Notes: generated from the letters alone by a model not told the origin. A stretch of 64,000 nt of DNA from Nitrososphaeria archaeon (GCA_027078545.1 JALWXN010000004.1:384001-448000), one strand, 5' to 3'; shown: positions 27,756 through 37,318, counted from the stretch's first letter. Numbers and translations: made by a program.

Positions 27756-28421
27756 CTATCCAAGGGCCTCCTTTATCCTCCTGAGGAGATAGTCTGGGGG
27801 TACCGCCCCCTCCCACTCGACCTTCTCGTTGACCACCACCTTTGGCACGGCGTATACGCCGTACTCGGAGGCTATGTCTGGGAAGCCGGATACCTCCCAG
27901 CCCTCCGCCTCGATATTCCTGTTTATCATTGCGAACATGTATGAGGTGTGTAGCATCTTGGGGCAGTATGGGCAGGAGGTTGTTACGAAGACCTTTATAT
28001 TGACCTTGTCCTCTATCGCCTCCACCTCCTCAGCCACGTTGCTCGGTAGGTGTACGTCCCCTGTGGAGACGTGTAGGATCGTCTCTAGGAAGGTAGGGAA
28101 CTCTGTCCCCGCTGGTACACCATAGTACTTTATCAGGCCCTTGTTCACCCCCTGTATAATCACTGCCGGGGCCTTTATCACACCAAGCCTCTTCCTGAGC
28201 TCTAGGTCGTTGTCGAAGTCGTACTCCACCACCTCGATCTTGTCGGTGAGCTCTGGGTCGCTTATCTCCATCAGTATCTGCTTGACGAGGTCGCAGTACT
28301 GGCACGAGGGGTCCTTACTGTTGAAGAATACCAGCTTAACAGGGTTCTCCAACTTACTCCAATACTCCTCCTTGAGTATCCTCCTATTCTCGTCGTCTAG
28401 TAGCCTATGCTGGTGCGACAT
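27756..28421 (-). CDS. Protein disulfide oxidoreductase (two thioredoxin folds)
   Basis: CQYC and CPYC active sites; G.PAG.EF; VPKVVVN. Confidence 0.92.
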   Translation of the reverse strand: MSHQHRLLDDENRRILKEEYWSKLENPVKLVFFNSKDPSCQYCDLVKQILMEISDPELTDKIEVVEYDFDNDLELRKRLGVIKAPAVIIQGVNKGLIKYYGVPAGTEFPTFLETILHVSTGDVHLPSNVAEEVEAIEDKVNIKVFVTTSCPYCPKMLHTSYMFAMINRNIEAEGWEVSGFPDIASEYGVYAVPKVVVNEKVEWEGAVPPDYLLRRIKEALG

Positions 28422-28529
28422 CTATATACACCCTCGGTCCAAACCTGTTTGAGCCATAAAATAAGGGGGTCGGCCCCCTTATATAGGGATGTTTATCCAG
28501 CCGGGTCGTAATAATATTGTTGTGGGGGG

Positions 28530-30836
28530 ATGAGCAGGGCCTCTATATGGATATTCGACGTTACGACGGAGCGTCTAGGCGGGCATGACGCAATAGTCCT
28601 ATGGGGCTTGAGGAGCGACGGTGCTGTGACCCCCCTGGTCGACACCTCCTTCGAGGACCATATCTACGTGGCTGGGCTTGATGTTGGGGAGGTTAGGGAG
28701 AGGGTCTCGGTGGCGGCTGCGGGGAGGGGTAGGATAAGGGTTGAGCCTGTGAGGCGTAGGTATAGGGGTGTCGAGCTCGAGGTAGCCAGGGTCTCCGGTG
28801 AGCAGGAGGCTGTCAAGGCTGTTGCCAAGGCCCTGGATAACGTGGCTGACGTGTTCGAGGCGGATGTCAGGCTCTCCCAGAAGTATATCCTCTACAGGGG
28901 GGTGAAGCCCTCCAGGTGGTACGAGGCGGTATATGAGGAGTTGGATAGGCCCTTCTACCCCGGGGCTGCTAGGCTGGTCGAGCTGGGGGAGGGTGAGGAC
29001 GCCCCTCCACCCAGCCTAAAAACGTTGGCGCTTGAGTTCATAACGCTCTCACGCCTAGGCTCTCCCGACCCGGATAGGGATCCCCTAGTGGCTATCGCAC
29101 TCTACTGGGGCGGGGAGGTTGAGTGGATATCTGGCGGCGATGAGAGGAGCCTTTTTAAGAGGCTCTCGGAGACAGTCTCGAGGCTTGATCCCGACGTGAT
29201 ACTAAGCTTCGGTGGTAATAGGGTCTTCTATCCATACCTGGTTGAGAGGGCTGGTAATCTAGGGGTCTCCCTCAGGCTGGGTAGGTATCCAGGGGAGATA
29301 TACCAGAGCGTCCTCGGACACTTCAGCATTGGGGGTAGGATAAACATCGATCTCTATGAATATGTGGATGACTCGCCCATATTCCAGATGAAGACTCTTG
29401 AGGAGCTTACTGCCTATCTCGGCCTCTCCCAGCCCCGTGTGAGGCTAGACCCTAACCTATATGCCCATTACTGGGAGTCCGACCGTGAGGCGTTGAGGGA
29501 GTATGTGGGGTGGAGGGTAGTATCTATATACAACTCCTTCGAGGTGGTTAGGGAGGAGGTGGTCTCACTATCCGCCATCACGGGTATCCCTATGGACTAT
29601 GTCCTGACTAGCAGCTCTGGGAGGAGGATAGAGTTCTACGTGATGGGTGAGGCGGTTAGGAGGGGTGAGCTCATCCCCCCACAGGTGGAGAGGAGGGTTA
29701 GGAGCTATCAGGGCGGCCTCGTTCTACAGCCTAGGCCTGGGCTCCACAGGGATATAGCGGTTATAGACTTCAAGTCCATGTATCCAAGCATAATGATGAG
29801 GTTCAACATAAGCCCTGAGACGGTGGTGGAGGGGAGGGTTGAGAATGGGGAGTATTTCGAGGAGCTCGGCCTCAGCGTACGTAGGGATATTGAGGGACTC
29901 TTCCCAAGCGTCCTCGGCCTCCTACTCAGTATGAGGGATGAGACGAGGAGATTGATGGAGGGCCTCAGTAGGGATGACCCTATGTACCGTGTCCTCGACG
30001 CTAGGCAGAAGACCCTGAAGATACTGGCCAACACGGTCTATGGATATATGGGGTGGGGAGCCGCTAGGTGGTATAGCGCCGAGGCTGCCTCCCTAGTGAC
30101 CTTCATAGGTAGGAGGATGATTAGTAGGAGTATGGATAAGGCCAGGGAGATGGGTCTCGAGGTTATATATGGGGATACGGATAGCCTCTTCATCCGGCAT
30201 GACCCCGCCAAGGTTGACGAGCTCCTGGGATGGATCTCTGAGTATCTGGGTATGGAGGCGAAGGTGGAGAAGGTTTATAGACGCCTCCTATTCACCTCGG
30301 CTAAGAAGAGGTATGCCGGTATCTATGACGGGGTTATAGATATTGTCGGCCTCGAGTATAACCGCAGGGACTGGTGTGGCTATGCCAGGGAGCTCCAGGG
30401 AGAGGTCGTTGCAGAGGTCCTTAGGGTTGGTGGTGTAGGTAGGAGTCTCGAGATACTTAGGGAGTATGTCTCTAGGCTTAGGAGGGGTGAGGTTCCCCTT
30501 GAGAAGCTTGTTATATGGGAGCAGATCACGAGGCCCCTCGACGAGTATCGTGTAAACGCTCCCCATGTGGAGGTGGCTAGGGAGCTGGCTAGGAGGGGCT
30601 GGAGGATAGGTAGGGGGGTCTTCATAGGCTATGTAGTCACTAGGGGGGAGGGGCCTATCTATAAGAGGGCTGTCCACTACCTCGAGGCGGATCCCAGCAT
30701 GGTTGATGTGAACTACTATATAGAGCATCAGCTCATACCTGTGGTGCATAGGGTGTTGGAGCCTCTGGGCGTGCCTAGGAAGAGGGTTGAGGCCGCGGCT
30801 AGGCATACTGGTCGTGGCCTCGACGCCTTCATGTGA
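28530..30836 (+). CDS. polB: Family B DNA polymerase (PolB3-like) with inactivated 3'-5' exonuclease motifs
   Basis: DFKSMYPS, KILANTVYGY, YGDTDS and KKRY intact; Exo I-III acidic residues replaced. Confidence 0.92.
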   Translation: MSRASIWIFDVTTERLGGHDAIVLWGLRSDGAVTPLVDTSFEDHIYVAGLDVGEVRERVSVAAAGRGRIRVEPVRRRYRGVELEVARVSGEQEAVKAVAKALDNVADVFEADVRLSQKYILYRGVKPSRWYEAVYEELDRPFYPGAARLVELGEGEDAPPPSLKTLALEFITLSRLGSPDPDRDPLVAIALYWGGEVEWISGGDERSLFKRLSETVSRLDPDVILSFGGNRVFYPYLVERAGNLGVSLRLGRYPGEIYQSVLGHFSIGGRINIDLYEYVDDSPIFQMKTLEELTAYLGLSQPRVRLDPNLYAHYWESDREALREYVGWRVVSIYNSFEVVREEVVSLSAITGIPMDYVLTSSSGRRIEFYVMGEAVRRGELIPPQVERRVRSYQGGLVLQPRPGLHRDIAVIDFKSMYPSIMMRFNISPETVVEGRVENGEYFEELGLSVRRDIEGLFPSVLGLLLSMRDETRRLMEGLSRDDPMYRVLDARQKTLKILANTVYGYMGWGAARWYSAEAASLVTFIGRRMISRSMDKAREMGLEVIYGDTDSLFIRHDPAKVDELLGWISEYLGMEAKVEKVYRRLLFTSAKKRYAGIYDGVIDIVGLEYNRRDWCGYARELQGEVVAEVLRVGGVGRSLEILREYVSRLRRGEVPLEKLVIWEQITRPLDEYRVNAPHVEVARELARRGWRIGRGVFIGYVVTRGEGPIYKRAVHYLEADPSMVDVNYYIEHQLIPVVHRVLEPLGVPRKRVEAAARHTGRGLDAFM

Positions 30837-30839
30837 GGT

Positions 30840-32027
30840 GTGGGGATGTCGGACAGGGTTAGGAGGTTCGTCGGCCTGGCTAGGGAGCTGGGTGGACATG
30901 TGCTCGGCCTTGAGGAGCCTGTAGCGATAGTCTCGAGCGATGATGCCGACGGCTTATCCGCGGCCTTCCTCATGACCCTCCTACTTGAGGAGGGGGGTAG
31001 GGAGTATGGCGTGGTGATAGTGGATAAGGCTTATCCCGAGCTGGTCAGGGGTATTGGGAAGCTATACTCATCAGCCGTCTTCCTAGACCTGGGTGGCCCC
31101 TTCTACAAGTACTGGGGTGAGGAGGAGCTGGGTAGGTATGTAGTGGTGGACGACCATATGGAGGCTATAAAGCCGCCGGAGGGCCTGGCCTATCTAAATC
31201 CTCATCGGGAGGGTGTTGAGGAGCCCACCCCGAGCAGCGTCATGGCATACCTCATGGCTATGGATCATGTTAAGAATATCGGGAGGTATGCATGGGCAGC
31301 CCTTCTCGGGCTGGGGGAGTCAGGCGCTATACCCACTGGCTACCTTGGCTTAGTCCTGACCCATGCAGTCTCATCGGGGGTGGTGGAGAAGAGGGGGAAG
31401 AGCCTCCGCCTCAGGATACACGACGTGGCTAGGGAGTATAAGTCTCTCTATAAGGATCTGACCCTGGTCTCTACTATGGGCTACTTCGACGAGGCTGGCC
31501 TCGACATAATAGCCTCGATGAAGTTTGGGGGTATGAGGGATGTGCTGGAGAGGGTTGAGGGCTATAGGGAGAGGCGTAAGGAGCTCTTCGACGAGATGTT
31601 CCGCCTAATGGATACTGGTGAGATGGTCTTCCACGGGAGGAGTGTCCAGTGGGTGGAGGATTATAAGGGGCTCTTCTACAACTATAGCCCGAGGGTCTTC
31701 GACACCTATATGTCGACCCTCTCCATGTATGCCCGCTACTTCGACCCTAGGAAGTATATCCTAGGCATAACGAATAGGAACCCCTACATCCCGGGCTATG
31801 GGATGCTGAGTAGTGACTGGGCCTCCATACCGATAAGGACGTCTAGGAAGCTGGCTTTCCGCATCAGGGTTGGCTCTGCCCAGCCGGTATTCGCCCTGGC
31901 GGAGGCCTCGGCCTTCCCACTGGGCGGCCTTGGCTATGGCTACGACGTGATAGGCTCCGTGGTTGTAGAGTCTGGTAGGGTTAGGGAGTTTATAAGGCTC
32001 TTCGACGACCTGGCGGGTGCTAGGTGA
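30840..32027 (+). CDS. DHH-superfamily (RecJ/Cdc45-like) protein with altered motifs
   Basis: SDDADG, FLDLG, VVVDDH (DHH changed to DDH), LNPH. Confidence 0.7.
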   Translation: MGMSDRVRRFVGLARELGGHVLGLEEPVAIVSSDDADGLSAAFLMTLLLEEGGREYGVVIVDKAYPELVRGIGKLYSSAVFLDLGGPFYKYWGEEELGRYVVVDDHMEAIKPPEGLAYLNPHREGVEEPTPSSVMAYLMAMDHVKNIGRYAWAALLGLGESGAIPTGYLGLVLTHAVSSGVVEKRGKSLRLRIHDVAREYKSLYKDLTLVSTMGYFDEAGLDIIASMKFGGMRDVLERVEGYRERRKELFDEMFRLMDTGEMVFHGRSVQWVEDYKGLFYNYSPRVFDTYMSTLSMYARYFDPRKYILGITNRNPYIPGYGMLSSDWASIPIRTSRKLAFRIRVGSAQPVFALAEASAFPLGGLGYGYDVIGSVVVESGRVREFIRLFDDLAGAR

Positions 32028-33601
32028 TGCTCTTCAGGGAGTTTGTCGAGGTGTGTAAGAGGATTAGGGCTGCTAAGGGTATAAACGAGAAGATCGGGCT
32101 TATAGCCAGCTATCTCAAGAGGCTGGATAGGGAGGAGTGGATACCCTACATCCTCTTCCTCACGGGCAACCCTGTCCCCGACACTTTGGAGGGGGGCCTG
32201 GGGGTGGGGCATAGGACCCTTGTAAAGGCTATGAAGAACCCGGTTAGGCCCCTGATAGGCGGTGGGCCACCCAGCCTCCTCGAGGTCTATGGGACGCTCC
32301 TCGAGATAGCTGGTATGAGGGGTAGGGATAGCCAGGCCAGGAGGGAGGGCCTCCTGAGGAGCCTGATGGGTAGGCTTAGCAAGGAGGAGAGGGAGTGGCT
32401 GGCCAGTATAATCATGGGGGAGCCTAGGATAGGGGTGATGACTGGGCATGTGCTGAGGGCCCTGGCCCATGCGCTACACATCTCTGAGGATAAGGTGCGT
32501 AGGCTCTACATGCTGAGGGGGAGTATCCATGAGGTGGCGGAGCTACTGGCAAGGGGTGTGGATCCAGCTAGTGTGGGGCCGCGTCTATATAAGCCGCTTA
32601 GGCCGATGCTAGGCACCCCAGCCACGACAGTCACCGAGGCCTTCAACATACTGGGCGTCTCCAGGGCCGCTGCGGAGGAGAAGTATGACGGCTTCAGGAT
32701 ACAGATCCATATCGGGGATAGAGGGGTAAGGATCTTCAGTAGGAACCTCCTAGACGTGACGCAGAGCTTCCCGGAGCTGGTGGAGTACTCCTCCAGGATC
32801 GAGGCTAGGGAGGCGATACTGGATGGTGAGGCTGTGGCCCTGGGTAGGGATGGTAGGCCCCTACCCTTCCAGTACCTCATGAGGCGCTTCAAGAGGGTGG
32901 AGGATGTTGAGGACTATATGGACTCGATACCCGTTACTATGCGGCTCTTCGACGTGATCTACCTTGATGGTGAGCTCCTCATCGATAGGCCATACATATA
33001 TAGGAGGGAGAGGCTGGAGAGGATCGTCCCCGAGGAGTATCTAGCCAGGGTGGTGCTGGACGCATCGTTGTCCGAGGCGGAGGCGATGTATAGGGAGGCT
33101 ATCGAGGCTGGTCATGAGGGGATCATGCTGAAGAGGATGGACTCTCCCTACGTCCTTGGGAGTAGGGGGAGGTACTGGGCCAAGGTGAAGGAGAAGGAGA
33201 CCCTAGACCTGGTGATAGTTGGTGCAGAGTGGGGGCATGGTAGGCGTAGGGGGTGGCTCAGCGACTACTACCTCGCGGCCTATAACCCCAGGACTGGTGG
33301 CTACGAGATAGTGGGTAAGACGTTCAAGGGGCTCACCGATGAGGAGTTCCAATACATGACTAGGAGGCTTAAGGAGCTCGTGGTTAGGGATGAGGGGTAC
33401 AGGGTCTTCGTCAAGCCTGAGATAGTTGTCGAGGTCGACTTCAACGAGGTTCAGGAGAGCCCAAAGTATAGGAGCGGCTATGCGTTGAGGCTGGCCAGGA
33501 TAAGGAGGATCAGGGAGGATAAGAGCCCCGAGGAGGCCGCCACGATAGACGATATAAGGAGGATTTATGAGGAGCAGTTCCGGAGGAAGGCCCGCCTGTG
33601 A
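32024..33601 (+). CDS. lig: ATP-dependent DNA ligase
   Basis: EKYDGFR, LDGE, FDVIY, EGIMLK, WAKVK, LDLVIVGAEWGHGRR, RIREDK. Confidence 0.96.
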   Translation: MMLFREFVEVCKRIRAAKGINEKIGLIASYLKRLDREEWIPYILFLTGNPVPDTLEGGLGVGHRTLVKAMKNPVRPLIGGGPPSLLEVYGTLLEIAGMRGRDSQARREGLLRSLMGRLSKEEREWLASIIMGEPRIGVMTGHVLRALAHALHISEDKVRRLYMLRGSIHEVAELLARGVDPASVGPRLYKPLRPMLGTPATTVTEAFNILGVSRAAAEEKYDGFRIQIHIGDRGVRIFSRNLLDVTQSFPELVEYSSRIEAREAILDGEAVALGRDGRPLPFQYLMRRFKRVEDVEDYMDSIPVTMRLFDVIYLDGELLIDRPYIYRRERLERIVPEEYLARVVLDASLSEAEAMYREAIEAGHEGIMLKRMDSPYVLGSRGRYWAKVKEKETLDLVIVGAEWGHGRRRGWLSDYYLAAYNPRTGGYEIVGKTFKGLTDEEFQYMTRRLKELVVRDEGYRVFVKPEIVVEVDFNEVQESPKYRSGYALRLARIRRIREDKSPEEAATIDDIRRIYEEQFRRKARL

Positions 33602-33645
33602 CTATATAGGTGTGACCACCGTCCCATCCAAGATAATCACAGCAT

Positions 33646-33653
33646 CTATAAAG
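33646..33653 (+). promoter_or_regulatory. Putative TATA box for the structured RNA
   Basis: CTATAAAG about 25 nt upstream of the 5' end of the terminal helix, in otherwise GC-rich DNA. Confidence 0.5.
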
Positions 33654-33677
33654 GGTTTAGACACTCCCAGTAGAGTG

Positions 33678-34168
33678 GCATCGGCCAGCCCGAGGGGCTG
33701 GCCCGGGAGGCCTAGGATGGGCCCCTGGATGAAGGGGTCCAGCCTATAAGGAGGTCTCCAAGGGGGTTCCCCATAGCCCCCTGGAGAACCCTCCGACCCA
33801 CCCCGTTCCATAGGGGATTTGGACCCCAAAGGGGGAGGGGGAGCACCCTGATTCCCCCTGAGGGGTATCACGCATTGGGCCGACCCCTATGGAGCGGGGT
33901 CATGGGCCACTCCGGGTTGGAGGGTTCTCCAAGGAGGGTTATGGGGAGTCCTCTAAGGAGGCCTCCGAAGTGGTTGGACCCTCTCATCCAAGGGCTCGTA
34001 TATAGGCTTGGTGTGCCTCCTAGGCCTCCAAGCCTCTGGGAACCCCCCTGGGGATGGGCAGGGGGGTGGCTGGCCACCACTTACCCCGGCAAGCCCTGAA
34101 CCAGGAGGGTTCCCGACGGGCCCGAGAGGCTTGGGGGTCGTGGGCCGGCCCCTCGGGCTGGCCGATGC
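33678..34168 (+). ncRNA. Unknown large highly structured RNA (~490 nt), or an RNA-structured non-autonomous element
   Basis: 27-bp terminal helix 33678-33704/34142-34168 plus nested long helices; nearly all non-Watson-Crick oppositions are G-U on the + strand; no credible ORF. Confidence 0.7.
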
Positions 34169-34193
34169 ACCCCCGCTAGAGTCCTATCGATTC

Positions 34194-35273
34194 CTACTCC
34201 TTGACAGCCCTGCTTATCCTCTGTATAGCTAGGTGTATGACGATCTCCGTCTCCCTCTGGTATGGATTCCTCCTCCTCAAGGTCTTCCCATCTGTATAGA
34301 TCTCTATATACCCTGTCCTACCCGCTATGCTGGAGAGTATGGTCAGGGCCTCGTTATACATCCTTGTCTTGGCTAGGCTGTATGCGAGTAGGGATGCCTG
34401 TAGCGGGTCGTATATAGGGTGGTTCTCCCTGCCGGATGGGCTCTGGCATAGTGTCCTATCCTCTATATGTAGAGCCCTATACATATGTCCCATGTGGCTC
34501 CTGAGCCTCTCGTCCCCCCTATAGGCTAGGGGAAGCACTATCGCCCAGCCGTCTATATGTGTGGCTAGACTCCTGGCCGAGGTTGTGAGTATATGGGTTA
34601 TGAATCTCCTCCCGTCCCAGAAGCTGTCCTCTATCCTGCTTATCAGGTTGGTAAGGATCTTCTCATACTTCTCGGAGTCCCCACCCTCCAGCGCCGCGTT
34701 GTAGGCCTTCTCCAGGGCGGCTAGGTAGGCGAGGTTTGTGGATAGGAGATTCCCACCCCTACCCATGCCTAGCCAGTCCTCGTCGGCCTCCTGCTCGACG
34801 AGCCAGTTCCTATTGATGTCCCTCCTCCTTAGGTATTCAAGCCCCTCTATGGCTGTGGGTAGGAGGTCTTCGAGGCCCCCTGTGAAGAGTATGTATTCGA
34901 GTAGGGATGCCGTGGCTAGGGCTGTGGCTAGGGGTGATGGATACCTGGAGTAGGTGGTCTTCCTCCCCTGGGAGATTGTGTCTGGGAAGCTTCCCGCCGT
35001 GTAGTCATCGACCACCTCTACGCCCCGGGGGGATCTATACTCATCGCCCCTTCTGAGCTGGGCCTTCTCGAGCCTGGGTATCGCCTCGGAGGCTAGTGTG
35101 TAGTAGGCAACCTCATCCTCCTCCCTAAGTAGGAGTAGGACTAGGCTGTGTATCCTCGTGTCTAGCGCCTTGTCTAGGCTCCTCTCAAGGCTGGTTATGT
35201 TGTGTTTATACCTCTTGGATATCTCGGCTGTTGCGTCTAGTCCCCTCCTGTATAGGTCGACCCTGATCTCCAT
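34194..35273 (-). CDS. Divergent six-hairpin (alpha/alpha)6 glycosidase-like protein
   Basis: EGLEYLRRRDINRNWLVEQ...DW, STNLAY..AL, IEDSFWDG pattern. Confidence 0.5.
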   Translation of the reverse strand: MEIRVDLYRRGLDATAEISKRYKHNITSLERSLDKALDTRIHSLVLLLLREEDEVAYYTLASEAIPRLEKAQLRRGDEYRSPRGVEVVDDYTAGSFPDTISQGRKTTYSRYPSPLATALATASLLEYILFTGGLEDLLPTAIEGLEYLRRRDINRNWLVEQEADEDWLGMGRGGNLLSTNLAYLAALEKAYNAALEGGDSEKYEKILTNLISRIEDSFWDGRRFITHILTTSARSLATHIDGWAIVLPLAYRGDERLRSHMGHMYRALHIEDRTLCQSPSGRENHPIYDPLQASLLAYSLAKTRMYNEALTILSSIAGRTGYIEIYTDGKTLRRRNPYQRETEIVIHLAIQRISRAVKE

Positions 35274-35350
35274 GGCTACGCTCCTCCCAGGGCTTGAATA
35301 TATTTTCTACGTGTCCCCCAATATCTATATGCCACTCGGAGGGTGGGGCT

Positions 35351-36490
35351 ATGGATACGGAGAGGGTTGTGGAGCTCTTTATGAGGCCCCCTACGGCGGA
35401 GCTCTTGACGCCGGGTAGGCTGAGGGAGTATCTCGAGACTGGTGTAAGGCTTAGACACTATATTGGCTATGAGATCTCCGGCTATATGCATCTAGGCACT
35501 GGTGTAGTGCCTATACATAAGGTTGTGGATCTCCAGATGGCTGGTGTTGAGACCACGATATTCCTGGCCGACTATCATAGCTGGGTGAATAGGAAGCTGG
35601 GGGGCGACCTAGACGTTATTAAGAGGGTGGCAGCCGGCTACTACATGGACGTCTTTAAGAAGATGATCAAGGCCCTGGGGGGTGATCCTGGGAAGACCAG
35701 GTTTATACTCGCCTCTGACTTCTACGAGGAGCTTGGGAGGGACTATTTCGAGAACTTCTTGAAGGTCAGTCTAAACGTCACTCTCTCACGTGTCAGGAGG
35801 AGCATATCTATACTCGGTAGGAGGATGGGTGAGTCCGTAACCTTTGGACAGCTGGTCTATGTGCCTATGCAGGTGGCGGATATATTCAGCCTGGGCGTGA
35901 ACGTGGCCCATGGGGGTATGGATCAGAGGAAGGCCCACGTCATAGCTATAGACCTGGGGGATGAGTTTGGTTATAAGCCGCTAGCACTACACCACAGCCT
36001 CGTCCTGGGCGTGGGTATAGGTGAGAAGGAGGCTGAGGCCCTTAGGAGGGCTAGGATGAGTGGGGATCGTGACGCCTTCGTGGATACAGTGCTCGGCATG
36101 AAGATGTCCAAGTCCCTCCCTGAGACGGCTATCTTCCTCCATGATGATGAGGAGACGGTTATTAGGAAGGTTAGGAGGGCCTACTGCCCAAGGGATGACG
36201 TGGATATAAACCCTGTCTTCTCGATGCTGGAGGGGGTTGTGTATCCATACCTCCTCCGGGTGGGTGAGGAGGTTAGGATTGTGAATGAGAAGACTGGGGA
36301 GGAGCTTGTCTATAGCGATGTGGAGAGTGTTAAGAGGGACTATCTAGGCGGTAGGATACACCCACTCGACCTAAAAATGGCTGTGGCTAGGTATATATGG
36401 AGGATGATCTCACCCGTCTCCAAGTATCTCAATGAGGGGCCGGGTAGGAGGTATATGGAGGAGATGGCTGGCCTGGGGATAACGAGGTAG
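35351..36490 (+). CDS. tyrS: Tyrosine--tRNA ligase
   Basis: YIGYEISG.MHLG, YVPMQVAD, GGMDQRKAH, KMSKS, HPLDLK. Confidence 0.96.
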   Translation: MDTERVVELFMRPPTAELLTPGRLREYLETGVRLRHYIGYEISGYMHLGTGVVPIHKVVDLQMAGVETTIFLADYHSWVNRKLGGDLDVIKRVAAGYYMDVFKKMIKALGGDPGKTRFILASDFYEELGRDYFENFLKVSLNVTLSRVRRSISILGRRMGESVTFGQLVYVPMQVADIFSLGVNVAHGGMDQRKAHVIAIDLGDEFGYKPLALHHSLVLGVGIGEKEAEALRRARMSGDRDAFVDTVLGMKMSKSLPETAIFLHDDEETVIRKVRRAYCPRDDVDINPVFSMLEGVVYPYLLRVGEEVRIVNEKTGEELVYSDVESVKRDYLGGRIHPLDLKMAVARYIWRMISPVSKYLNEGPGRRYMEEMAGLGITR

Positions 36491-36496
36491 GTCTAG

Positions 36497-37318
36497 ATGG
36501 CCAGGGTACTACTAACCAATGACGATGGATACTTCTCACCCGGGATAAGGAGGATGATCGACGTCCTCTCCCAGTTCACCGACCTCGTGGTTGTATGCCC
36601 TGAGCAGCAGAGGAGTGCTGCTGGGCTCAGCGTGACCCTCCACAAGCCGCTCAGGATCAGGGTCGCCAACTATAGGAACCAGACCTGCTACCTCGTCAAC
36701 GGGACTACCGGTGACTGTGTGAGCCTAGGCCTGTTCCACATCCTTGAGAAGCCACCCGACATGGTTGTATCGGGGATAAACATAGGCGAGAATATAAGCC
36801 TGGTCGAGTTCTTCATGAGCGGTACCGTGGCGGGTGCACTCCTAGCCGCTATCCACAATATCCCCAGCATATCCTTCTCGAAGAGTGTGGAGAGCGCCGA
36901 CGTTATCGGTGGGCGTGTAAGGAGCGGGGGTTTCGAGGAGGCCGCCAGGATAGCTGGTGAGATAGTGAGGTACGTCCTTGACGAGGGCCTCCCAGAGGGA
37001 GTCGACATGTTCAACGTTAACTTCCCCAAGAAGATTACCCGTGAGACTAGGATAGTGGTAACCCGCCTAGCCAGGCTGAGCCTAGTAACCAAGGTCTATG
37101 TGAGGCACGACCCCAGAGGGAGGGAGTACTACTGGATATGGGGGGAGAAGTTCAAGAACTTCCCCAGGGGGACCGATGGATACGAGGTATTCATAAATGG
37201 GAACATATCCCTAACACCCGTCTCACTATCCAGCCTATCAACAACCCCAGACCTGAAGAAGGTGCAGAGAGTAGCAGACGCCGTTAACGAGATATTGGAA
37301 AGCTATTTCAGAAGCTAA
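36497..37318 (+). CDS. surE: 5'/3'-nucleotidase SurE
   Basis: LLTNDDG, VSGINIGEN, SGTVAGA, NVNFP. Confidence 0.96.
   Translation: MARVLLTNDDGYFSPGIRRMIDVLSQFTDLVVVCPEQQRSAAGLSVTLHKPLRIRVANYRNQTCYLVNGTTGDCVSLGLFHILEKPPDMVVSGINIGENISLVEFFMSGTVAGALLAAIHNIPSISFSKSVESADVIGGRVRSGGFEEAARIAGEIVRYVLDEGLPEGVDMFNVNFPKKITRETRIVVTRLARLSLVTKVYVRHDPRGREYYWIWGEKFKNFPRGTDGYEVFINGNISLTPVSLSSLSTTPDLKKVQRVADAVNEILESYFRS

Noticed and set aside
33678-34168. RNase P RNA or SRP RNA
   Set aside because: I found no GAGGAA(A/G)UCC or ACAGAA conserved regions and no SRP helix-8 CAGG..GGAA..AGCA motif on either strand; needs a cmscan to be definitive.
33671-34182. TAGAGT on both sides as a target-site duplication
   Set aside because: The copies are not symmetric about, or both adjacent to, the inverted-repeat ends, so a MITE call is unsupported.
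33567-34232. Five short Pro/Gly-rich ORFs over the structured element
   Set aside because: Low-complexity by-products of GC-rich inverted repeats; no host-like codon pattern.
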